Assembly: GCA_031367385.1 (NCBI GenBank)
Contig: JANLPS010000509.1
Location: 1 to 14,613, forward strand
Direction of reading: 5' to 3'
From: Archangium sp.
GTDB lineage: Bacteria; Myxococcota; Myxococcia; Myxococcales; Myxococcaceae
DNA: 14,613 nt
The position numbers were made by a program, and so were the translations under genes. Shown here in pieces: positions 1-7,675 of the stretch; position 1 is the first letter of the stretch, and the number at the start of each line of letters is the position of its first letter. Under the pieces are notes generated by a model that did no database searches, had not been told where the DNA came from, and worked only from the letters and a program-made list of their open reading frames with translations.

Positions 1-1525
1 CGCAGATTCGCTCGGCCAGGCCCACCCGCCTGGCAATTTCAATCGCCGATGACGCTCCTGCGAAGCCCATCTGCAACCGGTACGTGGGAGCCATCTTGCG
101 GGGATCGAACCCGACCCGGGCATTGATGAACCGGGGGTCGAGGTGCGCCAGGGCCTTGAGCTCTTCTAAGTGGGTGGTGACCAAGACGATTGCACCGCGC
201 TCGAGCAGATCTTCGAGCACCGCCGTCGCGATCGCCGCGCCTTCACGGGGGTCGGTATCGGCCGCGATTTCATCAATCAGCACCAGCGAGCCTCGCTTGG
301 CCTGCACCGCGATGTCACGAAGCAGGGTGACATGTGCGCTGAACGTCGAGAGGCCGGCCTGCAGGTCTTGCTGATCTCCGATCGCGGAGTGCACCTGATT
401 GAACAGCGGCACGGTGGACCCTTCGTCGACGGGTATCGGCAGCCCGGCTCGCACCATCAGCGCACACAGCCCCGTACCGGTCAGCGTTACGGTCTTGCCA
501 CCCGCATTCGGGCCCGAGACGACCAGCGATCTCGCCGTGCCCGTCAGCTCGACGTCGTTCGCGATCACTTCAGCGCCGACCTTCAGCACCAACCGAGGGT
601 GACGCAACCCCTTCAAGTGCAACACACCATCAGCCGCTTCGAGCTGCGGAGTCGCCGCCACCAGATCATTCGACAACAGCGCGCACGCGTCGAGCTCATC
701 GAGCTCTGCTGCGGCATTCACGCCCTCGGCGATGCGGTGCGCTTCTCGGCCGACCAGCCCTGACAGCTCGATCAACACCTTGCGTTCTTCTTCGAGCACG
801 ATCGACTGAGCGATGGCGAGCTCGTTGCCCATGCCGATCATCTCCTGCGGCTCGACGAACAGCGTCTGACCCGACCCGGAGGCATTGTGCACGATGCCAG
901 TAATCTCGCGCTGGTGGCTCGACATCACCGGCACCACGTAGCGGTCGTTTCGCACCGAGTAATACGACTCGCGCAGGTTGGTGCCGAACTTCTCGTCTCG
1001 CAGCAGGTCGTCGAGGCGGCCGCGAATGCGCCGGTGCAGCCCGCGGGCGTGCTCTCTCGCGTCTTTGAGCGCTGGGCTGGCGCGATCTGAGATCTCTCCG
1101 CTGGCTTCGAACGAGCGATCGAGCTTGGTCGCCAAGCGGTCGAGCACCGGCAAGCGCCGGCCGATTGACGCCAACCCAGGCACGCGCTCGGCCCGCTCGG
1201 TCAAGATCTCGTTGCCGCGCTCGAAAGCGAAGAGCGCCTGGCAGATCGCGATCAGCTCTCGAGGCTCGAGCATGCCGTCTTTCGAGGCGCGCTCGACCGA
1301 GGTGCGTACATCGGCGACACCGGCGATGGGCAGGGTGATGGGCTCGGCCTTGAGCGATCGCGCTTCAGCGACCAGACGCAGCGCGGCGTCAACGTCGGCC
1401 CGCGTATCGAGAAAGCCACGAGCCAGCGCGCGGGCCTTGCCGACCTCGGTGCGACACCGGCCGGCCAAAGCGCGGCGAATGTCATCGAAGCCCAGCGAGG
1501 TCAGTGTTCGATCTGAGACGTCCAA
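1..1525 (-). CDS. mutS2: Endonuclease MutS2 (N-terminal ~508 aa; C-terminus including the Smr domain lies beyond the left edge)
   Basis: Manual translation of minus-strand segments from TTG at 1525, with GGAG 5 nt upstream: MDVSDRTLTSLGFDDIRRAL...; VRNDRYVVPV; GIVHNASGSGQTLFVEP; Walker A VVSGPNAGGKT (~491-525); IGDQQDLQAGLSTFSAH; Walker B LVLIDEIAADTDPREGAA; VTTHLEELK. These are MutS2-family signatures. Confidence 0.95.
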   Translation of the reverse strand, partial: MDVSDRTLTSLGFDDIRRALAGRCRTEVGKARALARGFLDTRADVDAALRLVAEARSLKAEPITLPIAGVADVRTSVERASKDGMLEPRELIAICQALFAFERGNEILTERAERVPGLASIGRRLPVLDRLATKLDRSFEASGEISDRASPALKDAREHARGLHRRIRGRLDDLLRDEKFGTNLRESYYSVRNDRYVVPVMSSHQREITGIVHNASGSGQTLFVEPQEMIGMGNELAIAQSIVLEEERKVLIELSGLVGREAHRIAEGVNAAAELDELDACALLSNDLVAATPQLEAADGVLHLKGLRHPRLVLKVGAEVIANDVELTGTARSLVVSGPNAGGKTVTLTGTGLCALMVRAGLPIPVDEGSTVPLFNQVHSAIGDQQDLQAGLSTFSAHVTLLRDIAVQAKRGSLVLIDEIAADTDPREGAAIATAVLEDLLERGAIVLVTTHLEELKALAHLDPRFINARVGFDPRKMAPTYRLQMGFAGASSAIEIARRVGLAERIC

Positions 1526-1598
1526 GGGGGCTCCGCTGCGATGAAAGGGTCAAAACTTGAGGGTGCTGCATACACACCCCGCGTGATAGTCGCGAGGG

Positions 1599-2285
1599 GT
1601 GTATCTAACGCTCGCTCTGACGGCGGTAGTGCTTTCGACTGACGGCGGAGCCCGTTTGCGGGACGCGCTCCAGGCAGAAGGGCGGGGTGATGACGCCGGC
1701 GCACTCAAGGCCATCGACGCCTTGATTCGCGAGATGCCGACCTGGGAGCTCCCTCGCCTCGAGGCGGCGCGCCTGAGGCTCAAGAGAGGTGATCGAATCG
1801 ATCTGGCCGAGCATGACGCCGACGTGGCGAGGTCGCTGGCGCCCGAAAACCCCCGCGCTCACTACCTTTTTGCCCTCGCGGCCGATGATCAGGGCCATCG
1901 GGTCGAGGCCCGCAGAGCCCTCGAGATCGCGTTGGCGTACCGCGCTGACTACGCAGAAGCGCAGAGCCGGCTCGGGGGGTTGCTCTCGGCCGAGGGTGAC
2001 TACGCGGCGGCGGCGAAGGTGTACCAGGCCTACGTCTCGAAGAACGAGCACGACGTGGGCGCTCACGTGCAGCTGGCCCTGGCCCTCGAGAAATCAGGCG
2101 ATCAAGCGCATGGCGAGACGACCCTGCGAGCCCTGGCGAAGAACCCGGCGGCGAGGCCGGTGGCGCTGCGAACCCTCGCTGCGATGCTCGATCGGCACGG
2201 CCGGTCGAAAGAGGCCGAGCAGGTGCGTGCATCGGTCGACGGGCCTTCGAAGAAAATGCGAGATCTCAAACCCTCAAGTCACTAA
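1599..2285 (+). CDS. Secreted tetratricopeptide-repeat (TPR) protein
   Basis: 228-aa ORF with a hydrophobic signal-like N-terminus (YLTLALTAVVLS) and TPR-like repeats (LAPENPRAHYLFALA, YRADYAEAQSRLGGLL, DVGAHVQLALALEKSG). The GTG start is uncertain. Confidence 0.8.
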   Translation: MYLTLALTAVVLSTDGGARLRDALQAEGRGDDAGALKAIDALIREMPTWELPRLEAARLRLKRGDRIDLAEHDADVARSLAPENPRAHYLFALAADDQGHRVEARRALEIALAYRADYAEAQSRLGGLLSAEGDYAAAAKVYQAYVSKNEHDVGAHVQLALALEKSGDQAHGETTLRALAKNPAARPVALRTLAAMLDRHGRSKEAEQVRASVDGPSKKMRDLKPSSH

Positions 2286-2351
2286 CCCCGTTCGTCCTGA
2301 GCAGGGCAGTCGAAGGCCCCCTCGCCACCAATTACGCCGGAGCCCACCCCC

Positions 2352-3188
2352 ATGAGCGCCCGCTACTACGAGCCGTCTGGTCGTGTCCCCCCTCTCGCTC
2401 CGCTGCTCGGCCTCGTGGTCGCGCTGCCAGTCGCCGCGATCGCCGCCTTCGCGTACGCGTACGCCAGCCTCTACATCCCCATCATCGGCACCATCTCGTT
2501 CATTCTCACGGCAGGCTACGCAGTCATCGTCGGAGTAAGCCTCGGCCTAATGTTGCATCGGGCGAAGCTGCGAAACCGGGTTGTTGCCGCCCTGTTGGGT
2601 CTGGTGACAGGTGTCTTTGCGCTGTGGGCCTCGTGGGTCGTCTATTGCTACGCGCTCCTGCATCGAAGCAGCTTGGGGGATGACGTTACCTTGGTGCGCC
2701 TGGCGATGCGCCCCGATGCCTTGTTCGCGTGGATTCAAGAGTTCAACGAGGTCGGCACCTGGAGCTTCAAAGGCAGCACGCCCACCGGCGCATTTCTCTG
2801 GTTTCTGTGGGCGCTCGAGGCTGCGATCATCGTCGGAGGCGTGGTGCTCACCAGCTCGGTGTCGATCGAGGGCCCCTACTGTGAGACCTGCGATCGGTGG
2901 TGCGAAGAGCACAAAGACGCGTTCGTCAGAGGTGAGGCGCCAGCCGCGCAGCTCAAGGCTTGGGTTGAATCGGGTCAGCTTGACGCGCTGAAGGGTCTTC
3001 CTCCTGCGGGGCCACCTTCGACGACGCACTTCGATATTGACGAGTGCAGCCAGTGTCGTTCGACCATCGCCCTGAGCATTCGGGCCCAGACGATCTTGCG
3101 GAACGAGAAGGCCACCGAAACCACGGTCGTCACCCACCTCTTGCTCAGCCAGCCCCAGCTTGATCAACTCAAGGCCGCGTTGAGCTGA
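2352..3188 (+). CDS. Hypothetical integral membrane protein (~4 TM helices) with a C-terminal CxxC...CxxC (Zn-ribbon-like) domain
   Basis: 278-aa ORF with GGAG upstream, four hydrophobic segments, then PYCETCDRW and ECSQCR. Confidence 0.8.
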   Translation: MSARYYEPSGRVPPLAPLLGLVVALPVAAIAAFAYAYASLYIPIIGTISFILTAGYAVIVGVSLGLMLHRAKLRNRVVAALLGLVTGVFALWASWVVYCYALLHRSSLGDDVTLVRLAMRPDALFAWIQEFNEVGTWSFKGSTPTGAFLWFLWALEAAIIVGGVVLTSSVSIEGPYCETCDRWCEEHKDAFVRGEAPAAQLKAWVESGQLDALKGLPPAGPPSTTHFDIDECSQCRSTIALSIRAQTILRNEKATETTVVTHLLLSQPQLDQLKAALS

Positions 3189-3306
3189 GCTCGGCGCCTC
3201 GTCGCACTGAGTCAAGGGTGATTTGCCCCAACGTTCGAATCGCTCTTCCCTCACGAATTTCATTTTCTATGGTGCGCGCCTTCAAAACCCAGGGAGGGGC
3301 GCACAC

Positions 3307-4962
3307 ATGTTGAAAAACGTTTTGATTGGATTCGCAACCATCGCCTTCATCGGCTGTGGCACGACCACTTCGGCACCGGTCGATTCTACAGCGGCGGGAG
3401 TCTCAGTCAGTGACAGCGAGGCGCTCTCCGCGCTGAAGTCAGGCAATGGGCACAAGGCGGTGTGTGACCCGACCGCGAAGCTGCGCTGCCATGCGCGCAT
3501 TCGCACCAACAGCAACGGCTCGATCATGCGCTTCGCGTCAGCGGCTCCGGCCGGTCTGGGGCCCGCTGATTTCAAGAGTGCGTACGCGCTCGACACCAGC
3601 CGCACGCCAAACGCGACGATCGCGATCGTCGATGCCTTCGGGTACCCGAACGCCGAGGCCGACCTCGCGGTGTACCGCAACACCTATGGCCTGCCTCCCT
3701 GCACGGTCGCCAGCGGGTGCTTGACCATCGTGAACCAAGACGGCGCGACCAGCCCGCTGCCCCCAGCCCCAGCCAGCAACGACGACTGGACGGTGGAGAC
3801 GGCCCTCGACCTCGACATGGCCAGCGCGACCTGCCCCAATTGCAAGCTGCTGCTGGTGCAGGCGAACAGCGATCAAGACGACGGCTTGTTCATCGCCCAA
3901 GACACGGCGGTGCGCCTCGGCGCGAGCGTGATCAGCGACAGCTGGGGCGGCTCGGGCACCGGCGTCGATGCGTATGAGCACTACTTCAATCACCCCGGCG
4001 TGGGCATCTTCGTGGCCTCGGGTGACACCGGCTACAACAACGCCGGCCAGGGCCCCGACTACCCGTCGGTCTCTGCCTTCGTGACGGCGGTCGGTGGCAC
4101 GGCGCTCACCAAGTCAGCCTCGAGCTCGCGCGGGTGGTCTGAGAAGGCCTGGGGCCCTCGCAATTTCTTCAGCGGCGCCGGTGGCAGCAGCTGCAGCACC
4201 GAGATCGCCAAGCCCTCGTTTCAAACTGGCTTGAACACCTCGTGCACCATGCGCGCGGCCTCAGACGTGGCGGCCGTCGGCGACCCCGCGACCGGCCCGG
4301 CCGTCTACAACCGTGGCCCCTCGAGCACCGGGTGGGTCACCGTCGGAGGCACCAGCGCTGCGTCACCGCTCGTCGCGGGCATCTACGCCTTGACGGGGCG
4401 CGGCTCGGCATCGAACTCGTTCGCGTACAGCAACACGAAGGCCTTCTTCGACGTCACCACCGGCAAGAATGACAACTGCGGCAATAGCTTGTGCAACGCC
4501 GGAGCCGGGTGGGACGGCCCCACCGGCATCGGCACTCCCAATGGGGCGGCGATGCTGCAGACCAACTGCACGCCGAGCTGCGGCTCGCACACCTGCGGTG
4601 ATGATGGCTGCGGCGGCTCATGCGGGGCTTGCGCGAGCGGCTCGATCTGCAGCAACGGCAGCTGCAATGTGTGCACGCCCAGCTGCGGCGCGAACACCTG
4701 CGGCAGCGACGGCTGCGGTGGGTCGTGCGGCAGCTGCGCTTCGGGCACCAGCTGCAACGCTGGCACCTGTACCGGCACCGGCCCGGTCGATGGCGGCAGC
4801 GGTGGCGGTTGCCACGATGTCTGCACGGCTGGCGGCCCGGAGTCGCCCTCGTGCGGCGCCTGCGCCACCATCGTCTGTGCCTTCGACGCGGCCTGCTGCA
4901 CCTCCTCGTGGGACACGACCTGCGTGCTCGCGGCGACGTTCTTGTGCAGCTGCAAGAGCTAG
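3307..4962 (+). CDS. S53 (sedolisin/kumamolisin-family) serine peptidase, predicted lipoprotein with Cys-rich C-terminal modules
   Basis: ATG at 3307 after the GGAGGG RBS. Signal peptide ends in lipobox-like FIG|C. Catalytic motifs: ETALD (ExxxD), ASGD (oxyanion Asp), GGTSAASP (Ser nucleophile); GWDGPTGIGTP is the Ca-site motif. 551 aa. Confidence 0.9.
   Translation: MLKNVLIGFATIAFIGCGTTTSAPVDSTAAGVSVSDSEALSALKSGNGHKAVCDPTAKLRCHARIRTNSNGSIMRFASAAPAGLGPADFKSAYALDTSRTPNATIAIVDAFGYPNAEADLAVYRNTYGLPPCTVASGCLTIVNQDGATSPLPPAPASNDDWTVETALDLDMASATCPNCKLLLVQANSDQDDGLFIAQDTAVRLGASVISDSWGGSGTGVDAYEHYFNHPGVGIFVASGDTGYNNAGQGPDYPSVSAFVTAVGGTALTKSASSSRGWSEKAWGPRNFFSGAGGSSCSTEIAKPSFQTGLNTSCTMRAASDVAAVGDPATGPAVYNRGPSSTGWVTVGGTSAASPLVAGIYALTGRGSASNSFAYSNTKAFFDVTTGKNDNCGNSLCNAGAGWDGPTGIGTPNGAAMLQTNCTPSCGSHTCGDDGCGGSCGACASGSICSNGSCNVCTPSCGANTCGSDGCGGSCGSCASGTSCNAGTCTGTGPVDGGSGGGCHDVCTAGGPESPSCGACATIVCAFDAACCTSSWDTTCVLAATFLCSCKS
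4567..4770 (+). repeat. Two tandem 33-aa, 8-Cys repeats (105-nt period) within the S53 gene
   Basis: CTPSCGSHTCGDDGCGGSCGACASGSICSNGSC (4567-4665) and CTPSCGANTCGSDGCGGSCGSCASGTSCNAGTC (4672-4770) have identical Cys spacing. Confidence 0.92.
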
Positions 4963-4980
4963 CAGCGCTCGAGTGCTGAG

Positions 4981-5029
4981 AGCGGCCCCGGTTCTTTCTT
5001 CGCGAAAGGGCTGGGGCCGTTGTCTTGTC
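4981..5029 (+). terminator. Long stem-loop, probable intrinsic terminator or 3' stabiliser of the S53 gene
   Basis: agcggccccggttctttc (4981-4998) pairs fully with gaaagggctggggccgtt (5004-5021), using 4 G-U wobbles. Loop is ttcgc, the tail is weakly U-rich (ttgtcttgt), and the stem starts 18 nt after the stop. Confidence 0.65.
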
Positions 5030-5032
5030 GGC

Positions 5033-5061
5033 TCGACGGGCCCCCCGGTGCGTTGTAGAGC
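5033..5061 (+). promoter_or_regulatory. Possible sigma70-type promoter for the 5084-11306 operon
   Basis: TCGACG-17 nt-TAGAGC lies between the hairpin and the GGGGAG RBS. The match to consensus is weak. Confidence 0.25.
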
Positions 5062-5083
5062 CTGCGCCGGGGAGACGTTTGCA

Positions 5084-6499
5084 ATGAAATCGTTCATTTG
5101 TTTGCTGGTGTTGGCGGCTTCGGCCGCGGGTGCGGAGCCGAGCGTGCCCGAGGTGATGACCGAGCTTCGTCGAATCGAGAGCGCCCAGTACCGCAATCAG
5201 GCCGACATCCTGCGCATCGAGTATCAAAATCAGTCGAAGCAGCAGCCCAACGATGTGATGCCGCTCGTCTACGCCGCGTGGACTTCGATGGTCTCCGATG
5301 GCGCGTGGAATCAGCTCAAGAGCATCGCGCAGATTCACCCTGACAGCCCGTGGGTGCACTACGGCATGGGGCGCGTCTACACCGCGTGGAAGATGCGAGA
5401 TCAAGCCCGCCAGGAGCTCGATGCGGCGCTGAAGAAAAACCCCAAGTTTTCTCCGGCGATCGCGGCCCAGGCCGACGTGTTGCGGCTTCAGAAAGAGTGG
5501 CCGGCGGCCGAGCTGAAATACCGAGAAGCGCTCGACCTGAATGAAGACCCGCAGGCCCGTGCGGGGTTGGGCCTGGTGCTGCTCGAGCAGGGCAAGGCCG
5601 AGGTCGGTAAAAAGGAGCTCCTTCGCGCCGTGAGTGCATGGCCCGACCAGCCCGCTGCCTTGAATGCCCTAATGCCGATCTTGATCGCAGAGAAAGACGC
5701 CTCGGCGGTCTTGGTCGCCGCGCGCTTGGCCGATTTGAAGCCGAAAGATCGCGAAATCAGACGGCAATTGGCTGATCTCCGCCTCGCTGCGGGTGACACC
5801 AAAGAGGCGATGGCCGACTACGAGAAGCTGCTCAAGCTGGGCGACCCCGATGCGGTCGTCGTTCGAAAGCTCATCGCTGAGTACCAAAAGACCGGTGACG
5901 TCGAGCACGAGCAGGCCATGCAGGCGATGTTGGGCAACCTCGATCGAGAAGACCCGGCACCGTCGCTTCGCCTGGCAGAGCTGCGGCTCGCGGCGAATGA
6001 TCTCGAGGGTGCGCAAACCCAGTACCTCGCGGCGCTCGAGCGCGACCCGAAGCGGGCCGAGACCGTCGTCGAGCTGGCCAAGCTCAAGCTCAAGCTGGGC
6101 GCGCAATACGAGGCCATCGAGCGGTACCGCCAGGCTTCGAAGCTCGAGGGCCCCGCGGCGGAACAGGCCAAGGCCGAGCTGACCAAGCTCGAAAACGAGA
6201 TTCGCTTGCCCAAGCGCGCGGCCCACGGCTCGGTCGACGCGATCTACAACTCGGTCGCAAGCTCACTCGATTCGCTTTACGGCGAACGCAAGAAGTCGAA
6301 CCCGAAGCTGGCCGGCGACCTCAAGCTGCGCGTTCGCGTGGCAGCCACCGGCGTCGTGCAGGGCGTTGACGTCATCGGTGACACGCTGGGCGACCCGGTG
6401 CTCGCCTCGCACGCGTACTTCGCCTTGCGCGACGCCGACTTCGAGAAGAAGAAGCGAGAACCCGTCTTCGAATTCGAGCTGGGGAAGAAGAAAAAGTGA
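5084..6499 (+). CDS. Exported TPR-repeat protein with a C-terminal TonB-C-like (AgmX/PglI-type) domain
   Basis: ATG at 5084 after GGGGAG. Signal peptide MKSFICLLVLAASAAGA|EP, then many TPRs (HPDSPWVHYGMGRVY, NPKFSPAIAAQADV, DPQARAGLGLVLLEQG, DPKRAETVVELAKL). C-terminus reads YGERKKSNPKLAGDLKLRVRVAATGVVQGVDVIGDTLGDPVL...F...VFEFEL. 471 aa. Confidence 0.82.
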   Translation: MKSFICLLVLAASAAGAEPSVPEVMTELRRIESAQYRNQADILRIEYQNQSKQQPNDVMPLVYAAWTSMVSDGAWNQLKSIAQIHPDSPWVHYGMGRVYTAWKMRDQARQELDAALKKNPKFSPAIAAQADVLRLQKEWPAAELKYREALDLNEDPQARAGLGLVLLEQGKAEVGKKELLRAVSAWPDQPAALNALMPILIAEKDASAVLVAARLADLKPKDREIRRQLADLRLAAGDTKEAMADYEKLLKLGDPDAVVVRKLIAEYQKTGDVEHEQAMQAMLGNLDREDPAPSLRLAELRLAANDLEGAQTQYLAALERDPKRAETVVELAKLKLKLGAQYEAIERYRQASKLEGPAAEQAKAELTKLENEIRLPKRAAHGSVDAIYNSVASSLDSLYGERKKSNPKLAGDLKLRVRVAATGVVQGVDVIGDTLGDPVLASHAYFALRDADFEKKKREPVFEFELGKKKK

Positions 6500-7671
6500 C
6501 CCGCTTCGGCATCGACGTCTGGGTGGCGCAAAAGTTTCGCGCGCTCAAAGGGCTTCGGGTCGGCGCCATCGTCAACCCGACCAGCGTCGACGCGTCGTTC
6601 AGGCACCTGGTCGACCTGCTGCACGAAGCGAAGGGTGTCGAGCTCAAGGCGCTCTTCGGCCCCGAGCACGGCATTCGCGGTGAAGCCCAATACATGGTCG
6701 CCGTCAACGACGTGCCCCGTGACCGAGTGACCGGCGTGCCGGTGCACAGCCTCTACGGCTCGACCTACGAGTCGCTCTCGCCCACACCCGAGTCACTGCA
6801 GGGCCTCGACGCACTCGTCTTCGACATTCAAGACGTCGGCTCGCGCTACTACACCTACATCTACACGATGGCTCTGGCGATGAAGGCCGCGGCGAAGGCC
6901 AAGATCCCCTTCTTCGTGTTGGACAGGCCGAACCCCATCGGCCTCGAGCGCACCGAAGGCAATTTGGTCGGCGCGAAGTATCGATCGGTCGTCGGGTTGT
7001 ATTCATTGCCCACCCGCCACGGCATGACCGCGGGTGAAATCGCCGGGCTGCTCAACGTGCAAGAGGGCATCGAGGCCGAGCTGCACGTGGTGCCGTGCCA
7101 GGGCCTCGAGCGGCACCACTGGTGGGCTGACACCGAGCGCGGCTTCGTGCCTCCCAGCCCCAACATGCCGACCACCGACACCGCGCTCGTCTACCCGGGC
7201 ATGTGCCTGGGCGAAGGCACGAATGTGTCAGAGGGCCGTGGCACCTGCAGGCCCTTCGAACAATTCGGAGCACCGTGGCTCAAGAGCCACGAGGTCGCGC
7301 GCGCCCTCAACTCCCTCGAGCTGCCCGGAGTCACCTTTCGCCCGTGCTCCTTCACGCCGACCTTCGACAAGTTCAAGGGCCAGTCGTGCGAGGGCGCGTT
7401 CATTCACGTCACCAACCACAAGAAATTCGAGTCGTTGCTGACCGGCATTGCCGTCTTCGCGACCTGTCACGCGTTGGGCGGCGGGGCGTTTGCCTGGCGC
7501 GACGATGCCTACGAGTTCGTCGACGACGTGCCGGCCTTCGACCTGCTGTGCGGCACTGATCAGGTTCGCAAGGGCATCGTGGCCGGAGCCTCCCTGGAGA
7601 CTCTGGTTGCCGGTTTCGACGCGGAGCGAAAAGGTTTCCTCCCCCTGCGACGAAAATTCCTGATCTACTAG
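6496..7671 (+). CDS. namZ: Exo-beta-N-acetylmuramidase NamZ family (DUF1343/YbbC, GH171)
   Basis: Family motifs LFGPEHG, DIQDVGSRYYTY, LDRPNP, RHGMT, PPSPNMP, YPG and NVSEGRGT. The GTG start overlaps the upstream TGA (GTGA). Confidence 0.92.
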   Translation: MTRFGIDVWVAQKFRALKGLRVGAIVNPTSVDASFRHLVDLLHEAKGVELKALFGPEHGIRGEAQYMVAVNDVPRDRVTGVPVHSLYGSTYESLSPTPESLQGLDALVFDIQDVGSRYYTYIYTMALAMKAAAKAKIPFFVLDRPNPIGLERTEGNLVGAKYRSVVGLYSLPTRHGMTAGEIAGLLNVQEGIEAELHVVPCQGLERHHWWADTERGFVPPSPNMPTTDTALVYPGMCLGEGTNVSEGRGTCRPFEQFGAPWLKSHEVARALNSLELPGVTFRPCSFTPTFDKFKGQSCEGAFIHVTNHKKFESLLTGIAVFATCHALGGGAFAWRDDAYEFVDDVPAFDLLCGTDQVRKGIVAGASLETLVAGFDAERKGFLPLRRKFLIY

Positions 7672-7675
7672 GGTG

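Noticed and set aside
84..1544. Plus-strand ORFs (84-374, 170-763, 978-1544 and others)
   Set aside because: They are antisense shadows of mutS2, typical of high-GC DNA, with no recognisable motifs.
3270..3285. Sigma54-like sequence TGGTGCG-CGCC-TTCAA upstream of the protease
   Set aside because: The -24 element fits, but the essential -12 GC is missing (TTCAA versus TTGCA), so support is insufficient.
3223..3306. 28-aa N-terminal extension of the S53 ORF from TTG 3223
   Set aside because: ATG 3307 has a good RBS and places the signal peptide at the N-terminus.
4567..4770. Tandem DNA repeat considered as a CRISPR array or VNTR
   Set aside because: There are only two in-frame, synonymously diverged copies encoding protein repeats, with no spacers or cas genes.
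4469..5083. 205-aa extension of the TPR ORF overlapping the protease gene (possible overlapping gene or frameshift fusion)
   Set aside because: It is an Ala/Arg-rich off-frame read of TGC/GGC codons that crosses the hairpin. ATG 5084 has its own RBS and signal peptide.
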